Positions 47,346-58,600 of a stretch of DNA of 64,000 bases are shown here, piece after piece. The position numbers and the translations under genes are program-made. The notes beneath the pieces were generated by a model. The model was not told where the DNA came from and ran no database searches. It saw only the letters and a list, made by a program, of their open reading frames with translations. The DNA is taken from the NCBI GenBank assembly GCA_963675595.2, contig CAXXLZ010000001.1, positions 1,184,001 to 1,248,000 on the forward strand, written 5' to 3'. This DNA is from Thermodesulfobacteriota bacterium (lineage in GTDB: Bacteria > Desulfobacterota > Desulfarculia > JACQYL01). Numbering within the stretch: position 1 is the first letter of the stretch; the number at the start of each line of letters is the position of its first letter.

Positions 47346-48914
47346 ATGAACATCCCGTTTATCTTAGAAAAAGCGCTCGAATTATACGCCGACAAGGAAG
47401 CCGTGGTATGCAGAGACCATCGCTTCACCTACCAGGCCTTTGCCGAAAGAACTTTCGGTCTCGCCCGTTTTCTCAAATCCCTCGGAGTGAGAAAAGGTGA
47501 TCGCCTGGCGATTCTTCATCAGAACAGTCACGAATATATCGAGACCTATTTTGCCTCCGCCCGGCTCGGAGCGGTACTGAACCCTTTGAATTTTCGCCTT
47601 TCCCCGCTGGAGCTTGCCTTCATTCTGAACGATTCCAGCGCGAAGGTACTGGTGGCCGCACCTCGATTCGCTGCTCAAGTGCAGGCATTGGCCGGCCTGG
47701 AAACCGTGGTTGAGCATATCGTTTGGACTGAGGAAGAAGCCCCGTCGGGCCGCTTCGCCTCGCACGACTATGAGAAAGCCGTCGGCGCTCACGTCGGGGA
47801 TCCCCTTGAGGTTCCACCCATGTCCGACGACGATCTCGCTCATCTCTATTACACCAGTGGGACCACGGGGAAACCCAAAGGGGTGATGTTGACCCATAAG
47901 AATGTTTGCACCCATGCCCTGTGCACTATCGGCGAACTCGGTCTAAGGGATGCGGACCATTGGATTCATGCCGCTCCCCTTTTCCATCTGGCCGACGCCT
48001 GGGCCTCTTTCGCCATCACCTGGGTAGGCGGCAAGCATGTCATCGTTCCGGATTTCAAGCCGGAGGAGGTGCTTCGCACCATCGAGGGGGAACGTGTGAC
48101 CATTACCAACATGGTGCCGACCATGTTGAATCTTCTGGTCAATACTCCCGGGGTCGAGGGGTGCGACTTCTCGAGCCTGAGAGCCATACTCAGCGGCGGC
48201 GCTCCCATCGCCCCGGAGGTGGTTCGGAAGATCATGGCCACCTTCAAATGCGACTACATCCAGACGTACGGCATGACCGAAACGAGCCCCTACCTGACGC
48301 TCTCGATCCTCAAAGAGGAACTCGAGCATCTGCCCGAAGAGGAGCGTTTCGTCTACAAAGCGAAGACCGGTAGGCCTTTTATCGGGGTTCTCCTCAAGGT
48401 GGTCAGGGAAGACGGCTCCGGCATCGCTCCGGACGGTCGGGAGGTGGGTGAAATCATAGTCAAAGGAGATTCGGTGACGCCCGGCTATTGGAATCGCCCC
48501 GATGAAACCGCCAAAGCTCTGCGGGATGGATGGCTTCATACAGGGGATTTGGCCGTCTTGGACACCGAGGGTTATGTGAATATCGTGGACCGCAAGAAGG
48601 ACATGATCATCACGGGCGGCGAAAACGTGTACTCGGTTGAAGTGGAATACGTTCTCTACACGCACCCGGCGGTACTCGAGGCGGCGGTCATCGGCGTACC
48701 CGACCCGAAGTGGGGCGAGGCCGTTCAGGCCTTTGTGGTGTTGAAAGAGGGTCAAGACTTACACGAGGAAGAGCTGATCCGGCACTGCAAGGAGCGGATC
48801 GCAAGCTATAAGGCGCCCAAGTCGGTCTTGTTCGTAAGTGAACTGCCGAAAACGGGATCGGGAAAAATCTATAAGAAGGGCCTCCGGGAACCGGCCTCGG
48901 CAACGCCGGCGTGA
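47346..48914 (+). CDS. Long-chain fatty acid--CoA ligase
   Basis: YTSGTTGKPKG, YGMTET, WLHTGD, DRKKDMIITGGEN and PKTGSGK motifs. Confidence 0.92.
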   Translation: MNIPFILEKALELYADKEAVVCRDHRFTYQAFAERTFGLARFLKSLGVRKGDRLAILHQNSHEYIETYFASARLGAVLNPLNFRLSPLELAFILNDSSAKVLVAAPRFAAQVQALAGLETVVEHIVWTEEEAPSGRFASHDYEKAVGAHVGDPLEVPPMSDDDLAHLYYTSGTTGKPKGVMLTHKNVCTHALCTIGELGLRDADHWIHAAPLFHLADAWASFAITWVGGKHVIVPDFKPEEVLRTIEGERVTITNMVPTMLNLLVNTPGVEGCDFSSLRAILSGGAPIAPEVVRKIMATFKCDYIQTYGMTETSPYLTLSILKEELEHLPEEERFVYKAKTGRPFIGVLLKVVREDGSGIAPDGREVGEIIVKGDSVTPGYWNRPDETAKALRDGWLHTGDLAVLDTEGYVNIVDRKKDMIITGGENVYSVEVEYVLYTHPAVLEAAVIGVPDPKWGEAVQAFVVLKEGQDLHEEELIRHCKERIASYKAPKSVLFVSELPKTGSGKIYKKGLREPASATPA

Positions 48915-48935
48915 ACCCCGCCGAAGATATGTTCC

Positions 48936-48964
48936 GAGGAAAGGGCGGCATCCGCCCTTTCCTC
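48936..48964. terminator. Hairpin between convergent genes (probable terminator)
   Basis: Perfect 13-bp stem GAGGAAAGGGCGG-cat-CCGCCCTTTCCTC. Confidence 0.6.
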
Positions 48965-48977
48965 TTCTCGAATTCCT

Positions 48978-50399
48978 TTACTGAGTGATTCGTATGTTCG
49001 GATACAGCCCTTTTAGTTCGCCTTCTCGGTAGGGTTGGATCAAATTGAAAGAGATGTTCCGCCCCTTTTGGGCGTGCCCCACACTCGCTTCGGACTCGTA
49101 GTATGCTCCGTTGGCCTCCAAGATGTGTTCGATCCGACGCTGAAACGCCCTCACGAACTTGGAGCCGTCGCCCGAGAAAGTCATTCTTCCGCGATTCAAA
49201 GTGCCTTTGACTGCAGCGAGCTTTTCCACCCCGATGGTATGTTCCTTCAGGTCTTCGGCGTTTCGGATGTAGCCCCATACAAAACTGTTGGGGGGCACCT
49301 CCACCGGTTCCACCAAATCGATGATCGTATGCGGCATCACAATGCATTCCTCGCCGATGCTCAAGGGTGCATCTTCTCCCCCACGCAGAAAAGAGTTGAA
49401 CCCCACGAAGGTCTTCTCCCCCAGGCGAGCATTGAATATCTTTCCACCATGGGCGGTTACGTTATATCCTTCGAGGCGTGAGTCAATAATATAGCAGTTT
49501 TCCTGGGCGTTGGAACCGATGCCCAAGGCGGCGTTTTCAAGATAGGCGCGCTGGCACACGAGAACTTTTTCTCCAATGCTGCATTGTCCCTTGATTCGCG
49601 CATAACGGCTCAGAGAAGAGCTCGAAGGAACCCCCGGGGGAGGCTGGAGATTGACCTTATCGAACAATTCCTCGAAATCCTTTTTACAGGTTTCGACGAA
49701 CTCCATGAAAAACCCTTCCGGGTCCCGGCCCGGTTCCAACCGGATGTAGTCTTCGAGGACTTCCCGGGGAATCAGATATCGGAACTCGAAGTCATTTCCC
49801 GATCGGATCCAGATTCGCCCCGCCTCCACAACGGAGTGGGCGAGTTCTCCCACCTGAACATAGGCGAAGTCGCCGATCACGCTGTCATGCAGGGTGGTCA
49901 GGTCAACCGTGCTGAAAGGCCCCAAAAAGCTGCCTTCCGTCGGCGCCCCGTGAATGTTCGCGTAGGGCATGGACACGGTGTTTTGAATGAGGAACTCTTC
50001 CGGGCTCTCCGGATCATGTGAGTTGTTGTGCACCAGGGTCTTGGTGAGGAAGCTGTCCCTGATGCGAATAACCTCATCCTCGTGAAGCGGTATACTAAGC
50101 CCTTCGAAAGCAAAGGTTTCGCCTCGACTCTTCAACTCGTCGCCGCGGATATCGCTTTTATAGACCAGAGAGTGGCTCACCAGGCATTTCCCCAGGAAAT
50201 AACTGCCTGCCACATTCGATCGGTGAAAATGGAAGTCCAGCGGGTGCGTAGCCGTAAGACCGTAGAAAGCGTAAAATTTGAGCAGCTTGTCATTGGGGAT
50301 CAAATGGCGGATGTAGGGTCCCACGTCAAAAGCGGGTTCCCGCAGATTCACATTCACTCGATCAATGATTCGATCGATGAGTTTTTCAATTTGGTTCAT
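48978..50399 (-). CDS. Left-handed beta-helix (hexapeptide) transferase-like protein
   Basis: Hexapeptide-like runs (IGDFAYV, IGEKVLV, LGEKTFVG, IGEECIV). GGGAG RBS. Confidence 0.7.
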   Translation of the reverse strand: MNQIEKLIDRIIDRVNVNLREPAFDVGPYIRHLIPNDKLLKFYAFYGLTATHPLDFHFHRSNVAGSYFLGKCLVSHSLVYKSDIRGDELKSRGETFAFEGLSIPLHEDEVIRIRDSFLTKTLVHNNSHDPESPEEFLIQNTVSMPYANIHGAPTEGSFLGPFSTVDLTTLHDSVIGDFAYVQVGELAHSVVEAGRIWIRSGNDFEFRYLIPREVLEDYIRLEPGRDPEGFFMEFVETCKKDFEELFDKVNLQPPPGVPSSSSLSRYARIKGQCSIGEKVLVCQRAYLENAALGIGSNAQENCYIIDSRLEGYNVTAHGGKIFNARLGEKTFVGFNSFLRGGEDAPLSIGEECIVMPHTIIDLVEPVEVPPNSFVWGYIRNAEDLKEHTIGVEKLAAVKGTLNRGRMTFSGDGSKFVRAFQRRIEHILEANGAYYESEASVGHAQKGRNISFNLIQPYREGELKGLYPNIRITQ

Positions 50400-50696
50400 G
50401 CTGTCTCCCTAAGGCATGTTTCGCCGTGTTTCCATCTGATTTTACTTTTCCGTGTTTCACGTTTATCTTCGTCCGAAAGCGTTTTCAACTCCAATCGGTC
50501 CCACCCGCACACAAGGGGAGGCGAAATTTCCAAGATTGAAAATTCGTCCCGAATATTCCTCCGAATGAACGGAACAAGGGGTCCCTCGGCACCTCACTTC
50601 CTTTCGTCTTTTCGGCATCATCGGCATTGTTCGTTGTGCCTTCCCAGAGGAGCCTTTGTAACTCCTTAAGATTCAACCATTTTTAGTGGGCTCGCC

Positions 50697-50725
50697 TTGA
50701 CCGACCACAAGCCTGTGTCTATATT
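50697..50725 (+). promoter_or_regulatory. Candidate sigma70 promoter for the M16 pair
   Basis: TTGACC-17 bp-TATATT. Confidence 0.5.
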
Positions 50726-50835
50726 ATTAAAATTTACCGGGTAACGAGATTTCACGACCCTACTCGGTGTGGCCGAATCCCGGAGCGATGGAAGTACCGA
50801 AATTCGATCTAATCTTTGGACCTATGGAAGCCCTG

Positions 50836-52098
50836 ATGTCCCAACACCTTCAAGTCCCAACGAGTTTCACGTTGCCCAATGGAATCCGGGTATGCGCCGA
50901 ACATTTCAAAGGTGCGCGATCTTTCTCTCTCTGCCTCAAGTTCTTGAGCGGCGCCGCGGAGGAACCGGAAGATAAGCTCGGCCTTGCCACAGTCATGGAG
51001 GGTTCTATTTTTAAAGGCACCTCTAGAAGAACGGCCGCCCAGCTGTTCGATTCCCTGGATGCGCTGGGGGTGGAGCGTGACGCCGGGGTCTCCGCTGAAT
51101 CCATCACCTTCCACCTGAGCACGCTTCCCGACCGGGCGGAGGAAGCACTGAAGATTTATCGGGAAATATTGGAGGAGGCCTCCTTTCCGGAGGAAGAAGT
51201 GGCGACGGCCCGGCGCCTGGCCCTCGAAAGGATCGCCGGCATCGATGACAAACCCAGAAGCAAACTGGCTTTGATGGTTATGGAAGCGGCTTTGGGCAGG
51301 CCGTTGGGAAGACCCGTGCCGGGGACCCGGGAAACCGTGGAAGGCATCGATCCTTCCGAGCTGCGCGAATTCCTTGGTCGCTCCCTTTTCCCTGCGGGCA
51401 TGATCGTTACAGCCGCCGGTGGAATGGATCCGGACGAAGTCTTCCGAATGGTGGAATCCGCATTTGGTGATTGGTCGCGGCCGGGAGTCGTACCCTCGCC
51501 GCATCCGGTTGAAGTGAGGCCCGGGGTCACGCACGAACTCAAGGAAAGCGAACAGGCTCACATCGCCGTGGTCTATCCGGGACCTTCAAGGGGTGCGGAG
51601 GACTACTATTCCGCACAAATCGCGGCCGGAGTGCTGTCGGGCAGCGGGTCCAGCAGGCTGTTCACGGAGGTTCGAGAGAAGCGAGGCCTCGTATATCACG
51701 TGGGCACGGGCTACCACCCATTTCGTGACGGCGCTGTTATGGTGCTTTACGCCGGCACCCGCGCAGATCGAACGGAGGAGACTTTGAAAGTGTGTTTGCA
51801 GGAAATTCGTCGACTCGCCGGGGATATCTCCGACGAGGAGGTGGAACGCGCTCGCTCGGTAAGTTTAGGAAGATTGCTCACGGTGGGAGAACTGGCCGGA
51901 GCGCGCGCGTCCGCTCTCGCGGACGACCTTGCTTTGATCGGACGCGCTAGATCCATCGACGAGATCGTCGAACAGGTCAAGTCCGTGGACACGGCTCAGG
52001 CCATGCGGGCGGCGGAGCGCTATCGACCCGAGCCTTATCGAGTCGCCGTCTTGGGACCCGTTTCCCCTCTTTTTGAAGGGGAGCGAACCAATGACTGA
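50836..52098 (+). CDS. M16B peptidase, non-catalytic subunit
   Basis: TLPNG, FKGT and SSRLFTEVREKRGLVY. The HxxEH site is replaced by TVMEG. Confidence 0.85.
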   Translation: MSQHLQVPTSFTLPNGIRVCAEHFKGARSFSLCLKFLSGAAEEPEDKLGLATVMEGSIFKGTSRRTAAQLFDSLDALGVERDAGVSAESITFHLSTLPDRAEEALKIYREILEEASFPEEEVATARRLALERIAGIDDKPRSKLALMVMEAALGRPLGRPVPGTRETVEGIDPSELREFLGRSLFPAGMIVTAAGGMDPDEVFRMVESAFGDWSRPGVVPSPHPVEVRPGVTHELKESEQAHIAVVYPGPSRGAEDYYSAQIAAGVLSGSGSSRLFTEVREKRGLVYHVGTGYHPFRDGAVMVLYAGTRADRTEETLKVCLQEIRRLAGDISDEEVERARSVSLGRLLTVGELAGARASALADDLALIGRARSIDEIVEQVKSVDTAQAMRAAERYRPEPYRVAVLGPVSPLFEGERTND

Positions 52099-53326
52099 GA
52101 ATTCTTTTTGGAGAACCACGTTGGACAACGGATTATCCGTTGTCTTGGAAACCATTCCGCGGTTGCGATCCACCGCGGTCGGCTATCTTGTGCGAACCGG
52201 CTCCCGAAATGAACCCAGGCGGTTAGCCGGTATGTCTCATTTTCTTGAACACATGAGTTTCAAGGGCACATCCAAGCGAACCTGGGATCAGATCAACAAG
52301 GACGTGGACGCCTTGGGCGCTCTGTGGAACGCCTACACATGGTGGGAGGGTACGGCCTACTTCCACTGGGTGCAGGCGGAACGGGTCGCCGACTCCATTG
52401 AGATCCTTTCGGACATGATGAGACCGAGCCTCCTCCGCGAGGATTTCGACACGGAAAAGAATGTAATCCTCGAAGAGATTGCGATGTACAATGACAATCC
52501 ATCGGCGCTCATCGCGGACCATTTGATTCAGGTGATATATGGTGACCACCCTCTGGGGACGTCGGTTCTGGGCACCAAAGAAACCGTGTCCGCCATTCGG
52601 CACGAGGACCTGGTGGGATACCATGCCCGACGATACGCTCCGGAGGACATGGTTTTCGTGGCCACGGGGGCCGTCGATCGGGACGCGATCCTGGAGACGG
52701 TGGAGCGATATACCGGTTCTTGGCGAGAGAAGGCCGACGAGCAAAGCCGGCCCGAGCCCCCCTTTCTAACCGGCACCCACGTGATTCATCGCCCCACGGT
52801 CAGCCGTCAACATTTGGCCATGGCTTGGCGCGGCCCTGAGACGGGCTCTTCGGATGAGCCTGTGGCAAGGGTTCTAGCACGTTATCTTGGAGATCGAGAG
52901 AACAGCCGCCTTTACTGGGCGGTGAAGCAAAAGGGCTTGGTGGAGCGGGTCGGGGCCTCTCACTTCGGATTCAAGGACAGCGGCTTTCTTTATGTGCATG
53001 CTTCTTCCGGGCCCGAAAACTCAAGACGGGTTTATGATCTGATCCGTGAGGAACTGCTCAAGGCTCACCGGGCGGTGGACGAAGACGCACTCGAACGATC
53101 GCGTACGAAAGCGGTTTCCGCTCTTGTGCGAGAGGCGGAGAACGGCTTGAATCGCTGGATGCAGCTTGCGGAGAGGGAAAGCGCCGGAGCAACGGTCAAG
53201 ACGATCCGGATGAGCATCAATGAAATCGAAGAGGTAACCCCGGATCGTATTCGGCAGTATCTAGATGAATTCCCTCTCTCCGAGGATCCCGCGCTGGTTT
53301 CATTGGGACCTTTGGAGCGATTCTGA
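52091..53326 (+). CDS. M16B peptidase, catalytic subunit
   Basis: GSRNE, HFLEH, NAYT and EKNVILEEI motifs. Overlaps the upstream gene. Confidence 0.9.
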   Translation: MTENSFWRTTLDNGLSVVLETIPRLRSTAVGYLVRTGSRNEPRRLAGMSHFLEHMSFKGTSKRTWDQINKDVDALGALWNAYTWWEGTAYFHWVQAERVADSIEILSDMMRPSLLREDFDTEKNVILEEIAMYNDNPSALIADHLIQVIYGDHPLGTSVLGTKETVSAIRHEDLVGYHARRYAPEDMVFVATGAVDRDAILETVERYTGSWREKADEQSRPEPPFLTGTHVIHRPTVSRQHLAMAWRGPETGSSDEPVARVLARYLGDRENSRLYWAVKQKGLVERVGASHFGFKDSGFLYVHASSGPENSRRVYDLIREELLKAHRAVDEDALERSRTKAVSALVREAENGLNRWMQLAERESAGATVKTIRMSINEIEEVTPDRIRQYLDEFPLSEDPALVSLGPLERF

Positions 53327-53357
53327 AACGTCACACGAAGGGGCGACAAACCTTCCC

Positions 53358-53669
53358 ATGATTGATAAGTCCGTGGTGGTCGAGGCGCTGCTCGAGCGTT
53401 TGGACAAACTCGAGGTAGGCCATTGCCTCGATGTGAGAACGTACAAGAGGAACCGATCCGTCGTTTTGATCAAGACGGGAGAGTCGGATTATCACATCAT
53501 TGAGGATGGATTTTGTCGAGAAGAGTTCACCGTGGATTCTCGGAGGTTAAAGCGTACCATCAAAGAACTGCTGAAAAAGGAATTCCCTCGAAGCAGAAAG
53601 GTACGAGTCTATGCCCTGGGCCCATGCGACCCGGTGAAGTTTTCAAGAACACCAAGGAAGACCATATGA
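53358..53669 (+). CDS. Hypothetical 103-aa basic protein
   Basis: Co-oriented ORF with protein-like composition (RTYKRNR, EFPRSRK). No function recognised. Confidence 0.6.
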   Translation: MIDKSVVVEALLERLDKLEVGHCLDVRTYKRNRSVVLIKTGESDYHIIEDGFCREEFTVDSRRLKRTIKELLKKEFPRSRKVRVYALGPCDPVKFSRTPRKTI

Positions 53670-53790
53670 GGCTGTTGAAAGGCGCGATTTGCGGCGAGGC
53701 GCTTCATTACTCGTCACTCCGACGTACTCCCATGTACGCCTCTCGTTCCTCGGAATTTGCGCGCCTTGGATCTCATCGTTTTTCAACAGC
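53669..53790. mobile_element. MITE-like non-coding repeat, copy 2
   Basis: Terminal IR GCTGTTGAAA / TTTCAACAGC. Internal sequence homologous to the 32095 copy. Confidence 0.75.
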
Positions 53791-53853
53791 TTTCAACAAT
53801 CCGACTTTTCCACGGGCCGATATGAGACCGGTCCCACGATGCGAAGCAACCAT

Positions 53854-54969
53854 ATGAGCGCCAAAGTGATTTCCATTGTGGGCGCGCGCCCTCAGTTCAT
53901 CAAGGCGGCGATGGTTTCCGGAAGAATCCGAAGTCGTCCGGGACTGGAGGAACTGCTTCTTCATACGGGGCAACATTACGACGACAATCTTTCCCGTGTC
54001 TTTTTTGAAGAGTTGGAGATTCCGGAGCCTGACTGGAACTTGGGCGTGGGGTCCGGTTCCCACGGGTACCAGACCGCACGCATGCTGGAAGGCATCGAAG
54101 GGATCATCCTGAAAGAGCACCCCGAAATGGTGCTTGTCTATGGAGACACGAATTCGACCCTGGCGGGCGCCTTGGCCGCAGCGAAACTCCACGTTCCCGT
54201 CGCTCACGTCGAAGCGGGACTGCGATCCTTCAATCGACGGATGCCCGAGGAAGTGAACCGGGTGATGGCGGACCATCTCTCCGATCTTCTGTTCGCTCCC
54301 ACGAAAAAGGCCGTGGAGAACCTGCAAAAAGAGGGCATGGCCCAAGAGAATGTCTTGTTCGTCGGGGACGTGATGTATGACGCGGCGCTGCACTTCGGAA
54401 ACAAAGCCGAAATGAACGGCGGCATAGCGGCAAGACTCGCCCTTCGAAAAGACGAATATATCCTCGTGACCATTCACCGCGCGGAGAACACGGACGATGC
54501 CGAACGCCTCACCGCCGTGGTGGAGGGGCTTTGCGATATCGCAGAGGAGATATCCGTTGTCTGGCCTCTGCATCCCAGGACCGCCGCTGCACTGTCTCGT
54601 TTGCGTCTGCTTGAACATGCAAAACGTCGACTGCGGGTGATAGACCCCGTCGGATATCTGGATATGTGCGTTTTGGAGAAGAACGCGAACGTTATTGTGA
54701 CCGATTCCGGAGGAATTCAGAAGGAGGCATTTTTCCACGGGGTGCCTTGCGTCACATTACGTGATGAAACGGAATGGGTGGAATTGGTGGAATTGGGCTG
54801 GAATCGGGTGGCGCGGCCGACCTCGGCCTCGGCGATCCGTCGCGCGGTCCGATCGGCGGAGCCTCCGCTCCCCACCGCCGAAATGCCCTATGGAAACGGT
54901 GATGCCGCGGATCGAATCGCTCAAGCCGTCGAGCAAAGGCTCAGCAACGGTCCCGCCCCCGGGGCCTAA
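53854..54969 (+). CDS. wecB: UDP-N-acetylglucosamine 2-epimerase (non-hydrolysing)
   Basis: GARPQFIK, HTGQHYD, GDTNS, HVEAGLRS, MPEEVNR and TDSGGIQKEA motifs. Confidence 0.95.
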   Translation: MSAKVISIVGARPQFIKAAMVSGRIRSRPGLEELLLHTGQHYDDNLSRVFFEELEIPEPDWNLGVGSGSHGYQTARMLEGIEGIILKEHPEMVLVYGDTNSTLAGALAAAKLHVPVAHVEAGLRSFNRRMPEEVNRVMADHLSDLLFAPTKKAVENLQKEGMAQENVLFVGDVMYDAALHFGNKAEMNGGIAARLALRKDEYILVTIHRAENTDDAERLTAVVEGLCDIAEEISVVWPLHPRTAAALSRLRLLEHAKRRLRVIDPVGYLDMCVLEKNANVIVTDSGGIQKEAFFHGVPCVTLRDETEWVELVELGWNRVARPTSASAIRRAVRSAEPPLPTAEMPYGNGDAADRIAQAVEQRLSNGPAPGA

Positions 54970-54998
54970 ACCGAGGAAATCTGAAATGGAGGTATGCC

Positions 54999-55571
54999 AT
55001 GAAACGATTATTAGGGATTACCGCTCTGTGCTTCTTGTGTCTTTGCCTGTTTGGAGGCTCGGTGAGCCTTGCCGGGTCACAAGAAACCTTGCCGACCTTG
55101 GCCGTGTTTCCGAGCTGGCTCCCGGGTGAAGCGGGCGCCTTCGGTCATTTCCTGACCAACTCACTTTATGACATCCTGGACGGTTACGAGCGCTTTCAAC
55201 CCGTCTATAGCGCATATCCCGGTGACGGCCGCTATGACACCGCACCGTTACCGAAAGGACTCATTCCTCCGGACCTCCGCGACAAGCTTTGGGAAAAGAA
55301 GAGTTTTCTCACCCCGTATCGACCCAACGCGAATTTGGTGTACCAGCTCGGAGAAAAGCTCGGAGTGGACGCGGTGATCATGTACTCGTTGGTCATTACG
55401 GGCGGGGGACGCGACCAACTCACCGCCTATCTGTTCGATATCCAAAAGCGACGAGAAATCTCCCGATACGTGACCGACGAACTCAAACACAACTATACCG
55501 GAGAGATCGCGCCCGTGGCTCTGACCAACAAGCTGCGGGGCGTCACCGACTACGTGCTTCTGCGTTACTGA
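54999..55571 (+). CDS. Exported hypothetical protein
   Basis: GGAGGT RBS and signal peptide. LGEKLGVDAVI resembles CsgG/TolB-N-type folds (weak). Confidence 0.65.
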   Translation: MKRLLGITALCFLCLCLFGGSVSLAGSQETLPTLAVFPSWLPGEAGAFGHFLTNSLYDILDGYERFQPVYSAYPGDGRYDTAPLPKGLIPPDLRDKLWEKKSFLTPYRPNANLVYQLGEKLGVDAVIMYSLVITGGGRDQLTAYLFDIQKRREISRYVTDELKHNYTGEIAPVALTNKLRGVTDYVLLRY

Positions 55572-55671
55572 GTCATGCTCGGAAGACCTGTCGGCCCGAA
55601 AAAGTGCGAATCATGATCGCTCCAGTTATTAGGATCGGTTTCGAGGTTTGGTCTTCCCCCTTCACGGGTCC

Positions 55672-58600
55672 TCATTGAGGCAGTGTACCCATCACTGAAA
55701 TACTCACGGCTCGACTTCTACTGTTTTCGGGGTTTGGGTCGAGGGTGTCCGACTCGACCACTGCCGTGTTAATGATGGAACCCGAAGGAGAATCGGGACT
55801 CACTTTGCCTCGGATCAAAACCAGTTTGGTGGTACCGGAAAGGATCGTACCCAGACTCATGGAACCCGATATGCGGTTCCAGGAGGCGCCTCCATCCAGA
55901 GAAGCTTCCGGTTGAAGCAAACGGGGCGGCAGTCGGTCCGTCAGTTTCACTTGCAGAGCATCCGAAGGACCCCGATTCTCCACCGATATCGTGTAAAGAA
56001 CGGACTCTCCGGCGGCCACTTCCCGAACGGAGGCCGACTTGGTTAGTTGCAGATCGGCTTCTGATACAATATTCAGAACCACCGGGTCGGATAGGTTGTT
56101 CTCCGGACGAATGTCGCGAGTGGCGGAAGAAATCTCCGAACGACTCTCAATGCGACCCGTGGCTTTCGGGTCCAAAGCGGCTTGAATCAAAGCGTAACGT
56201 GATTGACCGACTTCGATCCGGCCCAGGGCGGCCCCCCGGTCCAAAGGTCGCCAGTTCGCTCCTCCGTCCGTAGAGTACTTTGGGTCCACAAGGGAGGGAG
56301 AACTCTCATGCTTAAGGAAGAGCTCTTCCGCCACACACGGTCCATGATTATAAATCACCACGGTATAGGTAATCCGGTCTCCGGAACGGACGGGGTCCGG
56401 AGCGCCGGTCATGGTGACGCCCAAATCGGCTATGGTTTCCACTCGAGTTGCGGCCTCGGCTCGATTGTTTCGGATGTTGGGGTCTATTGTGGTCGAACGG
56501 ACTTCCACGCGGTTTTTCAAAGAGAGGGTCGCAGCGGGAGATACCGTTGCACGCAGTCGGACAGCGGTCGATGACATCGCCGGAATCGTCCCCAATTTCA
56601 TGGAACCGGCCCATCTCCTCCAAGCGGATTCCTTTCCCACCTTGAACTCCGGATCCTGAAGGGCCGAAGGCAGGTCATCGAGAATCACTGCGTCCTGGGC
56701 ATCTGAGGGGCCCAGGTTCTCCACAATCAAGTCGTACTCCAGAGTCCGGGTGACCTCCACCGGATCGGGCTTTCCAGTGATCTTGATGGAAAGGTCGGCC
56801 GCGGTATTTACTTTGACGGCCATGATTCCCGAAGAATTGTCTTGGGCTCGGGCCTCCTCGGTGGCCGATATCACGGCCACGGTGTAGGGTATGGCTCCTT
56901 GAGGAGCCGAGGCATCGACCTCGCCGCGGATTTTGACCCGAACCCCCTCCCCCGCCTTCACGAGTCTAATTCGAGCGGAACCTCTCCAGGGGCTCCAGTT
57001 TTCGCCTTCGTCCAAGGAAAATTCCGGATCCTTCACTCGGCCTTCCGGAAACTCATCTTCAGCGACCACATCTCTCGCATCCGATGGTCCGTTATTTCGG
57101 ATCTCGAACGCGAATTCCACCATCTCGCCCGCGTTCGCCTGCGGTGCCATGTCCGCCGGATGGATGGAGAGGTCGCTGACGGCCTTAACCTGAGTCAGTC
57201 GTTCCCTGGAGTCATTGTTGCCCGGATTGGGGTCGGACGTCGTTGATTCCACCCGGATTCCGGATTTCAATTCTTCGAGCCGACCGGCGGGAACCACTCC
57301 TCGGACCTCAATATCCCGCGTCTGCCCGGCTTCCAGGGTTCCTATGTCCAGGGCGCCGTTCCACGGCTCCCAGCGCCCGTCATGACCGATCCTGCAAAGA
57401 GGGGCGGACAGTAGACCCGCACTCCGATCTTTAACCACAACCCCGCGCGCATCCGAAGCGCCGTGGTTGACCACTCGGAGGCGGCGAAGCAGAAAGGTCC
57501 CTGCTGTGATGGGGTTCGGATGGGTCGTTTCTTCCGCAGAAAGGTCCGCTTCCGTGGCCACCCGCGAAACCAACTCCATGGTGTCGTTTTTCGGGTTGCC
57601 GTCCGCTGCCGCTGAGGAGACGGACATCTTACGGGATATCCTGGAAATTGCGCCCGCGGACACGACACCGCGTACCAGAATTTCAGCCGCGGCTTTGGCG
57701 GGCAATAAGTCCATGCGCGTCGACCCTTTCCAGGGCGACCACGTGTCGCCGCCGTCCGAAGAGAATTCGGCGTTCGACAAGGGAGCGACTTCAACGTCTT
57801 TGATGGCGACGTTCCTCGCATCGGAAGGTCCCTCATTCTTGACCATCACCCGGAATACCACGGTTCCGCCCGCAACTACGGGATCATGATCCGCCGTTAC
57901 CAGGATGGACAGATCGGCTTCGGCGTGAACCGCCGGAACCAGAGAGAGCGAGTTGTTTCTTGACACGGGATCGGGATTGTCCGAGGCAACCGACACGTTG
58001 AACGCCATCGGAAGCTGTGTGGAGGTATCGACCAGACCCCGGATTCGAAATTCCCGCTTTTCCCCCGCAGCGACTCCGCCGAGAAACCCAGGAGCTCCGG
58101 GATCCATCCAGGTACCGCCGTTGTCCAGAGAGATCAGCGTATTTTTCAACTGCGACGGAAGTTCACAGCCGATCCCGACCTTATCCGCATCCGAGGGGCC
58201 TAAATTCTTCGCCTCCAGTACGAACTCGAATTCCTCGCCGGGGACCAACGGATCGGTCCCACCCACCTTAAGCACGGCCATGTCGGAACTACGCTCGATC
58301 GTCGTTCTTACTAAGGCCGAAGAGTTGTTGGAAGAGTTCGTGTCTCTTGTTTCGGCTCCCACGTTCACCGAATTCGTCACAGTCCCGGACGCCGAAGGAT
58401 CAATCAGTCCACGAAGTCGAAATTCCAGCGACTTACCGGCGGGGATTGTTCCCAACTCGGCCCGTCCGGGGAAGCTGATCCATTTGTCGGTTCCGGATAA
58501 GACTATTTCGGGTTTTCTGAAAATAGGTGCAAGCTCGTCTGTGAGAGTGACCCCCAAAGCGTCCGACGGGCCTTGGTTCGCGATGGAAATCAAATATTCG

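Noticed and set aside
50836-53326. M16 pair as PqqF/G-like RiPP protease, or first subunit as a pseudogene
   Set aside because: Active plus inactive M16B heterodimers are common, and the pair is over 25 kb from the precursor.
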